This document shows, one piece after another, positions 1 through 10,500 of a stretch of 64,000 nt of DNA; the stretch's first letter is position 1, and every line of letters starts with the position of its first letter. The notes below the pieces were generated by a model. It worked only from the letters and a program-made list of their open reading frames with translations, was not told where the DNA came from and did not search any database. Location: the IMG/VR virus record IMGVR_UViG_3300030103_005513, positions 1 to 64,000 of that record. One strand, given 5' to 3'. The translations under genes were made by a program, and so were the position numbers. This DNA comes from an uncultured virus (IMG/VR IMGVR_UViG_3300030103_005513). Lineage: Duplodnaviria > Heunggongvirae > Uroviricota > Caudoviricetes.

Positions 1-417
1 GAATACAAACCGTTTGTTGAGTATTTTAAGACATGCAATAATGTGGTGGCATATAAATCAGACCTTATAGATGTACATATATCAAGATTACAACTTATGG
101 GCAAGGATTTGCAAAAAGTAAAAAGAGAAGATATTTACTTTTATCTTGACCACTATATTGTATGTAATAGGATGGTGGAGTCTAAATTACGAGATAATAA
201 TATACCTTATGAATATTTTGACCTTGATACAGAAGATTATGATAAATGGATAGATAATTTATTACCACGCATTGATGGATATGGATGGGGTGCTTATCCA
301 TTTGATAAGACTACTGAACGATACTCAATAGCACGACAAATATCAGAGGACTATATAACTTCAAGAGGGTTGACAGACATCCGCTTAGATGGTAAACTAT
401 TTGATAGAGTTAGATAA
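1..417 (+). CDS. 5'-truncated member of a tandem paralog family (sulfotransferase-like unknown)
   Basis: Frame 1 is open from base 1; shares VAYKxD and IPYEYFDLDT motifs with the four ORFs at 1136-4451. Confidence 0.6.
   Translation, partial: EYKPFVEYFKTCNNVVAYKSDLIDVHISRLQLMGKDLQKVKREDIYFYLDHYIVCNRMVESKLRDNNIPYEYFDLDTEDYDKWIDNLLPRIDGYGWGAYPFDKTTERYSIARQISEDYITSRGLTDIRLDGKLFDRVR
370..398 (+). promoter_or_regulatory. Sigma70-type promoter
   Basis: TTGACA (370-375), 17-bp spacer, TAAACT (393-398), just upstream of the ATG at 420. Confidence 0.65.
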
Positions 418-419
418 CT

Positions 420-1139
420 ATGTACAAAGAAAAATCTATTACTTGTGTAATACCTTCAAGAATGTCATCATCAAGGTTTCCAAATAAACCTTTGGCAAAA
501 ATACTTGGAAGAGAGTTAGTTCTTAGGGTAGCGGACTGTGCTAAAAAAAGCAAATATTTCGATAGAATTATTGTTGCGACTGAAGATCAAGTCATAAAAG
601 ATTTAGTTGAAAGCGAGGGATATGAAAGTTTGATGACAGGTAAGCACTGTACATGTAATCATAGAGTCTCTGAGGTCGCATCAGATCTTGAATGTGATTA
701 TGTTTTTAATTTACAGGGGGATGAACCTACTGCCAACCCAGATCATTTAGATTACATAATCGAATATGGTATTGATAATGAATATGATATGGTGCAACCA
801 ATTAGAGAAACTTTAGAGGGAGACACAGAAGATCCAGACGTAGTGCAAACGATTGTAAATAATGGTAAAATATTATACCTTATGAGAACACCCGAAGTTG
901 TGACTGAAAATGTATATACACAACTAGGATATTATTTTTATAAACGAGAAGTCATTGATGATTATAAAAATCTTGATATGTCATTTGTAAAATATTGGAG
1001 GGGATTAGACACCATAGCATTTTGTGGTAAATATGATGTCATGCCCTTGCTTCTTCCTAATTGTGGTAAACAAATAGCGATTGATAGACCACAGCATGTG
1101 GAACTTGTAGAGCAAATATTGATGGAACTCGCAGAGTGA
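420..1139 (+). CDS. kdsB: CMP-Kdo synthetase-like cytidylyltransferase
   Basis: IPSRMSSSRFPNKPLAKILG N-terminal motif, NLQGDEP, C-terminal IDRPQH. Confidence 0.85.
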   Translation: MYKEKSITCVIPSRMSSSRFPNKPLAKILGRELVLRVADCAKKSKYFDRIIVATEDQVIKDLVESEGYESLMTGKHCTCNHRVSEVASDLECDYVFNLQGDEPTANPDHLDYIIEYGIDNEYDMVQPIRETLEGDTEDPDVVQTIVNNGKILYLMRTPEVVTENVYTQLGYYFYKREVIDDYKNLDMSFVKYWRGLDTIAFCGKYDVMPLLLPNCGKQIAIDRPQHVELVEQILMELAE

Positions 1140-1951
1140 AATATAGTTACTTCAATACGAATCGTAGCGGTCTAAGTCATATAAGAAATTTAGGAATGTA
1201 TAACAATAAAACTGTGACACACATCTTCAAGTGTCACTATGCAGAGGGCAACCCTTTGTGTGCTGTTATATTCAAACCACAAGAATCGATACAAACATGG
1301 TACTGGGAAGATAAAGAAGAGTCTATACCATGTGACTATGATATTGATTATGTGAAGTTGATGGATGACTTGAGGAGACGACCTCGACCAAAGCATTGGA
1401 TAAATGGAAATAGAGGTAGATACTATGCTCCTATCAAAAAAGGTATAACATCCCCTATCTTTTACAAATCATTTCCGAAAATATTTGAATCAGATTATAT
1501 ACTGTATGCTCTACCTATGTTGGGATACATTGGTAAAGGTAAAGATATTGATGAGAGATTAAGAAATGATAATAAGAATGTTGTGGTTGATCTAAAGTAT
1601 TCTATTGAACAGTTTAGAAAGAGAATCAATATCATACCATACAAGGAAGATATAAGACACATGGCAAGAGAGTGGTTTATCAATAACTATAGTTACAAAG
1701 AAGATTGGTATGAAAATATATCTGAGAGAATAAATTATGGTAGGCAGTTTCATAAAAGAGTAGAAGATTTATTCAGAAAATTAGATATACCATACAGATT
1801 ATTCTCTCTTGATACTGGAGACTATAAATCTATAGGATTAGAGAAAGATCTACCTAGAAATCATACAGAAGGAATTGACCCTACAATACCAGAATCAGTG
1901 ATGGAAAGGTTAGAACCAATAGTTGATAGGTATATGAATGAGAACCCATGA
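1136..1951 (+). CDS. Paralog family protein, possibly sulfotransferase fold
   Basis: NRSG, LGYIG, PYKEDIRHMA and IPYRLFSLDT motifs shared with neighbours. Confidence 0.6.
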   Translation: MKYSYFNTNRSGLSHIRNLGMYNNKTVTHIFKCHYAEGNPLCAVIFKPQESIQTWYWEDKEESIPCDYDIDYVKLMDDLRRRPRPKHWINGNRGRYYAPIKKGITSPIFYKSFPKIFESDYILYALPMLGYIGKGKDIDERLRNDNKNVVVDLKYSIEQFRKRINIIPYKEDIRHMAREWFINNYSYKEDWYENISERINYGRQFHKRVEDLFRKLDIPYRLFSLDTGDYKSIGLEKDLPRNHTEGIDPTIPESVMERLEPIVDRYMNENP

Positions 1952-2766
1952 AGTTCTCTTTTTTCAGTGGTGGTAAATCAGGTAAATTTCTCCTGATGAA
2001 TCAGTTTTTATATAATAATAAAACTCATTGTTATATCAATGGGAGTGGTGGAGTATCGTATGCAATACTGGTCACGCCTGATGGTCATTATGATTGGTAC
2101 TGGGAAGATTTAGAAGGTAAATTACAAACATTTCATTTCAAAGTAGATGATAATATTATTATGAATCGTGATTTATGGGAGACATGGTTTCCTATAGGAG
2201 ATAGAGGTTACAGACAAAATACATTGAAAGCATACATCAATCGTCAAGGTCTAACTGATTGTAATAAAGATTTCTATAAGTGCTATCCACATGTGTTTAG
2301 ACAGGATATAGTTGTGAATCCATTACCTCTTCTAGGATACATAGGTAATCAAGGTTCAAAAAAATTAAATAAGAGAATTTCATCAAAAGAATCAGTTGCT
2401 AGTAAAGACAACCTTGAGTATGTGATTGAAGAACTAAAGAAGAGAACCAACTTTGTGGCATATAAGGAAGATGTGAGGCACATGGCATATAATTACTTTG
2501 GAGACCCTAAAGCAAGAACAATTCCTTATGATAAGATGAAGATGATAATTGACAATAACAGAGCAATAGTAAAAAATATTTCTCACCTGCTGGACTTCTA
2601 TGGCATTCCATTTGAATACTTCAATTTGGATACTGATAGGTATGATAAGTCATTTATGTTATCAAAACAAATACCAACTGAAGATGGAGACAGATTTTTT
2701 ATAGATGATGTTATAGATGAGCAGCGTGTGAATGAAAATGTAGAAAGGTACATGCATGAAATATAA
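1948..2766 (+). CDS. Paralog family protein, possibly sulfotransferase fold
   Basis: GKSG, NPLPLLGYIG, AYKEDVRHMA, IPFEYFNLDT. Confidence 0.6.
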   Translation: MKFSFFSGGKSGKFLLMNQFLYNNKTHCYINGSGGVSYAILVTPDGHYDWYWEDLEGKLQTFHFKVDDNIIMNRDLWETWFPIGDRGYRQNTLKAYINRQGLTDCNKDFYKCYPHVFRQDIVVNPLPLLGYIGNQGSKKLNKRISSKESVASKDNLEYVIEELKKRTNFVAYKEDVRHMAYNYFGDPKARTIPYDKMKMIIDNNRAIVKNISHLLDFYGIPFEYFNLDTDRYDKSFMLSKQIPTEDGDRFFIDDVIDEQRVNENVERYMHEI

Positions 2767-3568
2767 TTATTTCTGTCATCAAAAAGGTGGTAAGTATCTT
2801 ATAAGAAGTCAGTTTTGGTACAATAACTTAGATACAGTATATCTCTCTCAATCATTCCCACTGTTTGCCAGCACAGGTAAAAATATCTCTGATGGTTATT
2901 ATAAGTTATCATGGTACTACTGCGATAAAGATAATAAACTACAAAGCAGGTGCTGCGAGCAGCAGGTAAAACTAGCGAACGCCAAATATGATGAAATGTG
3001 GTTTCCAGAAGGAGATAGTATATTATCGTGGAGACATGACAACATGACACCATATCATGAAAATTTCAGTCAGTGTTTTGAAACGCTGCTGGATCATGAT
3101 TTGATTGTCAATCCACTAAACATGATGGGATACTGTGGTTTACTTGGGTCAGAAAAAATGCAGATCCAACTCGCTGCAGGTGAACCTCTGTTTCATGTTC
3201 CAGAATCAATTATTGTAGAACTTCGTAAAAGAACTAGCATAATAGCATATAAAGATAACATAAGACATCTAGCGTACAATTTCTTTGCTGGAAACGGATC
3301 TCCGATCCACTTACCTGAAGCACAGTTCGTTGAACGGGTGACATACATAATAAATCAATCAAGAAAATTTATTGCTATGTTACCACAAGTGCTTGAGAAG
3401 TACGATATACCCTATGAGATGTTTAGTTTAGATTCAGGGGACTACCAGCAACGTTTCAATTTACCGAAAGCACTTCCACGTTCGACCAGTGATACTATAT
3501 TCACAAAACCCACAGATAAAACAAATAAGTATGTTGATGATTACATGAGGGAATATGAAAAGATATAA
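2756..3568 (+). CDS. Paralog family protein, possibly sulfotransferase fold
   Basis: QKGG, NPLNMMGYCG, AYKDNIRHLA, IPYEMFSLDS. Confidence 0.6.
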   Translation: MKYNYFCHQKGGKYLIRSQFWYNNLDTVYLSQSFPLFASTGKNISDGYYKLSWYYCDKDNKLQSRCCEQQVKLANAKYDEMWFPEGDSILSWRHDNMTPYHENFSQCFETLLDHDLIVNPLNMMGYCGLLGSEKMQIQLAAGEPLFHVPESIIVELRKRTSIIAYKDNIRHLAYNFFAGNGSPIHLPEAQFVERVTYIINQSRKFIAMLPQVLEKYDIPYEMFSLDSGDYQQRFNLPKALPRSTSDTIFTKPTDKTNKYVDDYMREYEKI

Positions 3569-4451
3569 TTACTGGAACTATGTAAAGACAGGTGGTTGGC
3601 AGATCTCACATAATTTTCTGCATAACAAAAAGATTGTCTGTGTCAATCATCACTCTAAACCAGCGTTCAGTATTTTATACACACCACATGGTATTGGAAG
3701 ATATAATAAGACATGGTATTACCAGAGAAATGGTAAGTTAGAAAAAATAAGCAAGAGCAAAGACTACAGCACCTATGAAAAAGTGATGGAAGATTGTTTT
3801 CCAGCACATAGAAAATGGGAATGGTTCTTTGAATCTCCTTTTATATCATCAAGAGGAGATTATAACATGAAGATATGGGGTAAAGATAACATTGATAAAA
3901 TACCTACAACTTACTACGCTGCATATGCTGCCATGTCAGTTGCACAAGTAACATGCAACCCACATGTTATGTTAGGATATTATGGTAGCACTGGTATAGA
4001 TAATGATATAACAAGTGATTTAGAGAACATGACACCCCCACACCCACCTGCTGCCGTGATAAGGGATGAAATAATTTCAGATTACAAGAAAAAAATAAAT
4101 ATAGTACCATACAAAGAAGATATAGTATCTCTTGTTGAGGATTTTATACATGGCGTTCTAGGTTCTGCTTACATGAAACATGGAGAAGATTATTTTATAG
4201 AGTCATGTGTGCATAAATTAAAGAACCATAAAAAGACTTACCATTTGATTACTTCTATGCTAGAATATCAAGGTATAGATTATATTCCATTCAATTTAGA
4301 TCGTGACAATTATTCAGATGTGTTTGATCTTGATACTTGGTTGCCATTGGATAAAATTAAAAAAGACCAAAGCAACAGGTACAAAACTATGCCTGATAAA
4401 AAACTCAAAAAACTTCCCCAATACATTGATAAAGTTTTATGCTTGATATAG
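3555..4451 (+). CDS. Paralog family protein, possibly sulfotransferase fold
   Basis: VKTGG, NPHVMLGYYG, PYKEDI, IDYIPFNLD. Confidence 0.6.
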   Translation: MKRYNYWNYVKTGGWQISHNFLHNKKIVCVNHHSKPAFSILYTPHGIGRYNKTWYYQRNGKLEKISKSKDYSTYEKVMEDCFPAHRKWEWFFESPFISSRGDYNMKIWGKDNIDKIPTTYYAAYAAMSVAQVTCNPHVMLGYYGSTGIDNDITSDLENMTPPHPPAAVIRDEIISDYKKKINIVPYKEDIVSLVEDFIHGVLGSAYMKHGEDYFIESCVHKLKNHKKTYHLITSMLEYQGIDYIPFNLDRDNYSDVFDLDTWLPLDKIKKDQSNRYKTMPDKKLKKLPQYIDKVLCLI

Positions 4452-4894
4452 ACCTAAGACACTTCCCATCAAAACTTCATAAAGCAAAAACTGTTGCCTT
4501 GTTGGGTAATGGGGGAAATCTTGCTGTTGCTCAACATATGGCATCAGACATTTTTAGACATACAGGAAAATTTTGTTTTGCCCCTGACTCAGTAAACACA
4601 ACTGCTTTAGCAGATAAAAATGATTGGAAAGTGCCATGGATGGAATATGCACAATTCGCTGATCTCGTTATTGGGATAACATGTAGAAAACATGCAGGTG
4701 TGTCGGATGCCTTAATGGTTGTAAAGGATAAATGTGATACACTTCTTATTTGTCCACAACAACACGAGGTTCTTGATACACTTATTATCCCTGCACGAAG
4801 TTATCACGAATTTGAGTGTAACTCATTATGGACTATCTACATGATGATGGAACATATTGGAGTTGAATTACCTGATTTACCACACATAAAATGA
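4439..4894 (+). CDS. SIS-domain sugar-phosphate isomerase, GmhA-like
   Basis: LLGNGGNLAVAQHMASD resembles GmhA GNGGSAADAQH; TTALAD resembles TAxxND. Confidence 0.75.
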   Translation: MLDIDLRHFPSKLHKAKTVALLGNGGNLAVAQHMASDIFRHTGKFCFAPDSVNTTALADKNDWKVPWMEYAQFADLVIGITCRKHAGVSDALMVVKDKCDTLLICPQQHEVLDTLIIPARSYHEFECNSLWTIYMMMEHIGVELPDLPHIK

Positions 4895-5283
4895 AACCAC
4901 TTATTGAAAAATTCAACGACATCACAGATGTTGTCACGAACATCTATTGTATTGATATAGATGGCACATTGACTGAACCACACGAAGGTACACCATGGCA
5001 AGCAGTGCCAATACCCAGTCGTATTGATAAGGTAAACAAATTATATGACGAAGGTGCAACCATATATCTTATGACAGCACGAGGATTCATACGAAGTATT
5101 TGTATACACGAAGATGATATATTAGCAGCACAGAAAGAAGCAGATAATTATTGTAGAGAACGAACTGAAGCACAACTCAAGGAGTGGGGTGTCAAGTATC
5201 ACAAATTATATTTTGGAAAACCTAGAGCAGTAACATATGTGGATGATCGTGCGGTGTCAGATCATGAATTTTTTCAAGATTAG
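4891..5283 (+). CDS. HAD-family phosphatase (capsule biosynthesis phosphatase-like)
   Basis: DIDGTL motif I, TAR motif II, GKP...YVDDRA motifs III/IV. Confidence 0.85.
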   Translation: MKPLIEKFNDITDVVTNIYCIDIDGTLTEPHEGTPWQAVPIPSRIDKVNKLYDEGATIYLMTARGFIRSICIHEDDILAAQKEADNYCRERTEAQLKEWGVKYHKLYFGKPRAVTYVDDRAVSDHEFFQD

Positions 5284-6205
5284 ATCTTAACCACTCATAT
5301 GCCCTGTCATATTCTATGTTGGGTGTGAATTTTTGGTGTGGTTCTAGCATACCTATGCTCATCATTTCACGATGCAACTCCTCTGGTCGTTTTAAAACGT
5401 CTAGTCCTAAAATTTCTATGGTCAATTTTTTTCTTATTGATCTTTCTATATTATTCCAATCACGAGTCCATTCAAAAAAGATTTTTTGATTATCAGTCAA
5501 CCAATCATATCCCCACTTCAAGTAATGTATTACTGGACTATTCCATCTTTCCATTTCATCACGAGTTTTAGTACGATATTGCTCTAACTTATCATAAATG
5601 TGTACTTTCTTATCTAAAAACTCAGAGTAATAAACGTCAGTGCCAGGCCATGGGATGAAGATATGCTCATGACTCATAATATTATGGGCAAGTGTCTCTT
5701 GTCTTATAATAGGATCACTCATTTGAACAAAATTATACTCACCAGTCAATTTCAATTTGTTCCATTGCTTCCATATATCACAAGTACGCCATGGCAACAT
5801 AAAAGTTATGGGACGAGGAGCCGAATCTATCAGTTTTTGCACTGACTCATATTCTTCCTCCCTTATGGTACATTGATCATCTCTTGGTAAAAAGAATAGA
5901 GATCCTTTTGGATCAAATTCATTCAGTGTGGCGACTCTACCTAACTCCCACATAAATGGTGCTGTGCCATAGTATGCTCTAGTAGTCTTGAATTTCGATG
6001 AATTTATCTTATCAGCATGATGTTTTGACCATGCATACACATACTGACTATTGAAACAATCACGTTTGGTATACATGTGATCATATCTACCTATTGCTTC
6101 ACGACATAATCCTGGTAAAATACCAAATAAAAAAGAGGTATTGAGTGGTAAACCCAAATACCTCGCCATTGTATGATGCCACTTATCTGATTTATCAGCG
6201 TACAT
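5222..6205 (-). CDS. Hypothetical protein
   Basis: 327-aa ORF; convergent overlap with the HAD gene; no family recognised. Confidence 0.6.
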   Translation of the reverse strand: MYADKSDKWHHTMARYLGLPLNTSFLFGILPGLCREAIGRYDHMYTKRDCFNSQYVYAWSKHHADKINSSKFKTTRAYYGTAPFMWELGRVATLNEFDPKGSLFFLPRDDQCTIREEEYESVQKLIDSAPRPITFMLPWRTCDIWKQWNKLKLTGEYNFVQMSDPIIRQETLAHNIMSHEHIFIPWPGTDVYYSEFLDKKVHIYDKLEQYRTKTRDEMERWNSPVIHYLKWGYDWLTDNQKIFFEWTRDWNNIERSIRKKLTIEILGLDVLKRPEELHREMMSIGMLEPHQKFTPNIEYDRAYEWLRSNLEKIHDLTPHDHPHMLLL

Positions 6206-6225
6206 AATATAATAACAAAGATATA

Positions 6226-6642
6226 CTATGTAGCACCGAAATAAGCACCTCCACTGTGTGATCCTGCATCTGTAGCAGGTCTTGAAAAACCTTTGAACTC
6301 TGATGTTTCTATCAATATAGCATCAACCTCATCATCAGTAAGAACACCTTTTTCAAGTAATATCTGCACCAACGCCTCTGTTGATGCCTCTGTCTTATCC
6401 TCCCAAAAAGGTGTCCATAATATTTTTTGCTCCCAATCTGCTACATCACCATACGCTCCATTTATTGCCTGTGTGTACAAATATCTTGAGTGTTCGCAGG
6501 TCGTATCTGTAGGGGATGCTGTATATGGCAACCACTCTTCATCTAATGGTGCAAAATCAACCTCAAGGTCAATCATGTTCTTTTCAGGATTTGCCCACTT
6601 AGGGTTCCTCGCTCTTGCGACTTCGTAACTTGTTTCTGACAT
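6226..6642 (-). CDS. Putative tail fibre assembly/chaperone protein
   Basis: ARNPKWAN..IDLEVDF..WLPYTASPTD..GAYG pattern typical of small proteins downstream of fibre genes. Confidence 0.6.
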   Translation of the reverse strand: MSETSYEVARARNPKWANPEKNMIDLEVDFAPLDEEWLPYTASPTDTTCEHSRYLYTQAINGAYGDVADWEQKILWTPFWEDKTEASTEALVQILLEKGVLTDDEVDAILIETSEFKGFSRPATDAGSHSGGAYFGAT

Positions 6643-6648
6643 AATTGT

Positions 6649-7470
6649 TTAGGAATAACGTAACCAAAGAGTTGATGAATATGCTACGGTAGTGTTGACT
6701 GTAATAGATCCTAAGTTCACGTTGACCGCAACGTTACCAGCAACTGATAAATCATCTGTTGCGATGGTTCCTGTAGTACCAGTTATGCTAAGATCGTCAG
6801 TAGCGACGTTACCTGCAACACTTGCATTATTAAGGGAAACTGAAGCACTACCACTAAATGTATCATCGGCTGGTTTTGTTGTATTACCAGTATTTACTGA
6901 TGCTCCAAATGATGAACTTGGGTTTGCTGCGTTGAGACTGAAACTCTTTGAACCCTGTATGTTACCAGATACGTTTACGTTGGCATTACCCTGAACATTA
7001 CCACCTGATAACGCAAGGTCAGCAGTTGGATTACCAGAAATATTTGCGGAAGTATCACCTTGAATATTACCACCTTGTAGTGATCCTGACCCTGCTGCTG
7101 AACCTCCAACTGTTCCAGAGTTTGTCAGTGCTGCACCTGAGTCATATCCCATACACCTCCAGTTTCCTGATGGTGTATCATTATGCATACGACCTGTAGC
7201 ATCTGAGTATCGGAGACTTGAACCTGCTAACGTATCACCAGGATCGTATTGTGTATTACCACTTGCCTGTTGCATGAAAGCATAACTTCCAACAGACCCA
7301 ACGTTCGCATTAGCATTCAATGTGCTATATGTAACTGACGCTGTGTTTATAGAATTAAGTCTGCCACTACTGTCAATGTTGATAACGGGAATGGCATTGC
7401 CTGACCCATAGTTTCCTGACGAAACGTCCGTCGTAACATTTAATCCAGAAGCATTTCCGTGAAAACCCAT
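6649..7470 (-). CDS. Tail fibre tip/adhesin-like protein
   Basis: IPVINIDSSGRL fibre repeat; VGSYAF..PSGNWRCMG...TLWLRYS distal-domain pattern; G/N/S-rich. Confidence 0.6.
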   Translation of the reverse strand: MGFHGNASGLNVTTDVSSGNYGSGNAIPVINIDSSGRLNSINTASVTYSTLNANANVGSVGSYAFMQQASGNTQYDPGDTLAGSSLRYSDATGRMHNDTPSGNWRCMGYDSGAALTNSGTVGGSAAGSGSLQGGNIQGDTSANISGNPTADLALSGGNVQGNANVNVSGNIQGSKSFSLNAANPSSSFGASVNTGNTTKPADDTFSGSASVSLNNASVAGNVATDDLSITGTTGTIATDDLSVAGNVAVNVNLGSITVNTTVAYSSTLWLRYS

Positions 7471-7493
7471 TGAATACTAATCTCCTTCTTGGT

Positions 7494-7501
7494 TATTTAT
7501 A
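7494..7501 (-). promoter_or_regulatory. T4-type late promoter
   Basis: TATAAATA on the minus strand, 24 bp upstream of the start at 7470. Confidence 0.7.
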
Positions 7502-7505
7502 AGTT

Positions 7506-10500
7506 TTATACTTGTTCCATTACGAAACGGAACTTCTTACCACTACGCTTGTTAGTGATGAATAAGTCGTTTTCACCCTCCTCAATTTGATATGAACCCC
7601 ATGACCCATCAATTGAGTTTCCTCCACGATGTTCGTTGCTCATTCTTATGTCACCGCAGTATACATCATCGAAGTAACCTGCCCTCCATCTGACTGAGTT
7701 AGTACCCAAGTCATAAGTTGAGTCTGCTTCTGGATTGATTTGTCTTGCTGTAAGAGTAGCAGTCATACCATCAGCAGTATCTGATCTTAGGAAAGATCCA
7801 GAACTTACACCATCTAATGTGTCAGCATCAAGTCCTGAACCAGAACCGTCAACTGTTTTGATCAACGTCAAGATCTCTGATGCTGTTTGATCCGCAGTAG
7901 CACCTGATTCTATTCCATCAAGTTTACTGTGGTCAGAGTTAGTAAAATTATTGTCAGTTTGTGATGCTACAGAGAAATCTAAAGTACCATCACCATCTTG
8001 ATATGTTACCGTAATACCAGATTCGGTGTTACTTGATACCATACCACCCACGATGTCCTGAACCTGCTCAGTGGTAAGTGTTGCAGTGATAAATCCAGCA
8101 CCGTTTGTAAGTTGATTTGTATTAGTGACGTTGGTTGCACCTGAAGCAATACCGTCAAGTTTTGAGTGGTCATCATCGGTGAATACATTACTGTCACTGG
8201 CACTCTCGACAAGGGCACGAATTTCAGATGCTGTCTGGTCTGCAGTAGCACCTGATTCTATTCCATCAAGTTTACTATGATCAGCGTTAGTGAAGTTGTT
8301 ATCAGTTTGAGATGCAACAGCGAAGTCTATCGTACCATCACCATCTTGATATGTTACCGTAATACCAGATTCAGTATTACTTGAGACCATCGCTCCTACT
8401 ATGTCCTGAACCTGCTCGTCTGATAACTGTGTGTTAGCAGTGACATATCCAGCACCATTTGTTATGGCGTTGTTATTCAATGATATGTTCGCTGATCCAT
8501 CGAATGATACACCTGCAATAGTCCTTGCGTTGGCAAGTTTTGTTGCAGTAGCAGCATTGCCTGTTGTGGATCCTGAAGATCCAGATACATTACCAGTGAC
8601 GTTACCTGTCAGAGCACCCACAAATGTGGTGGTTGTTAGTGTATTTGAACTTGGATTATACGATAACCCAGTGTCAGATTCTAATCCTTGTGTGCCTGTG
8701 GCACCGTCTACAAATACAGGATAGACAGTCTCATCTGTGCTATTGTTAGCAGTGATGGTTGAGTTCGTTGCAATAGTAGCAGTGGCAGAATTTCCAGAAC
8801 ATGCTGCAGATGTACCTGAACTTGTGATATAACCTGCACCATTGGTAATTGCATTATTGTTTAGTGATATGTTCGCTGTACCATCAAACGATACCCCTGC
8901 GATTGTTCTGGCGTTCGCTAGTGCTGTGGCAGTGGCAGCATTACCAGTACAGGATCCTGAAGAACCTGATGCGTTACCAGTAAGGTTTCCTATAAATGCA
9001 CCCTGTCCCAATACGATACCACCAGCAGCGATGGTCGCTGTTGTCGTGCCATCAATGCTTGCTATAATACTACCCGTACCACTATCGTCCACACTCATGC
9101 TTGTGTTGCCCTCAGTTATCTGAGTAGCATCTATGTCAACTGAAGCGGTAGATAGTGCTGTTATCTGACCCTGTGCGTTTACAGTGATGATTGGTATAGC
9201 ACTTGCTGATCCATAACTTGCAGCAGATACGCCTGTGTTAGCTAGTTTGCTGCTCGCAATAGAACCTGCTAGTTGAGCATTGGTTATGGTACCACTCAGA
9301 CTACTTGTAGGATAATTGGTAGCATCACTCAAATTGAATGCTGGAGTGGCATCTGTTCCCCCAAGCGTCAAGGTCACACCACCCACACTCATGGTTGAGT
9401 TCGCTAGATATGCGTTACCAATCGCTGTACCCTGCCACACACCAGTGGATATAGTACCAAGACTTGTAAGTGATGATCCAGTAACGCTAGATCCAAGTGT
9501 AGTTGCACTAAGAACTGATGTATTATCAATCTTATAAACCTTGCCATCGGCCAGGTTCATATTTTCTGATGATCCGAAGTTATCACCTGTTGCCTCAAAC
9601 TGGAAGGTCTTATCACCATCACCTGAGTCTATGGTAATACCTCCACCATCAGCAGCAGCATCATCTGCAGCACCAGTGGCAACCTGAATATTTTTATCTG
9701 CTATGTTAACTGTTGTTGCATTCACAGTGGTGGTGGTGCCGTTTACAGTCAAGTTTCCTGAAACTGCTAGGTTGTCAGCAACAGTTGTGGTACCACCTGC
9801 AGAGTCTATCGTAAGATTACCTGATGATGTTGTGACTGTATTTCCATCCAGCGATAAATTATCGACAGATGCTGCACCTGAAACTGTCAAAGTGCCAGTA
9901 AATGTATCACTGGTGTCTGATCGTAAGAAGGATGCTGAACTTATACCATCAAGAGTGTCTGCATCTAATCCTGAACCAGATCCGTCGACAGTTTTGATCA
10001 GTGTAAGTATCTCACTCGCAGTCTGATCTGCTGTAGCACCTGCTTCAATACCATCGAGTTTTGAATGATCTGCTGTAGTAAAATTCTCATCTGTCTGTGA
10101 TGCTACAGCAAAGTCTATAGTACCATCAGCATCTTGATATGTTACAGTAATACCTGATTCAGTATTACTTGATAACATGGCACCCACGATATCCTGAATC
10201 TCTTCTGATGTCTGATCTGCGGTGGCACCTGACTCTATTCCATTGAGTTTTGATAATAAGGCATCGGTGAATGCATTGGTGTCACTATTGTTCTCATAAG
10301 CAGTCTTGATCTCTGTATCAGATTGATCTGCTGTTGCACCTGCTTCAATACCATCCAGCTTTGAATGGTCTGCTGTGGTAAAGTTTTCATCAGTTTGAGA
10401 TGCTACAGAAAAGTCTATCGTACCATCAGCATCTTGATATGTTACTGTAATACCTGATTCAGTGTTTCCAGTGAGCATAGCTCCCACAATATCCTGAATC

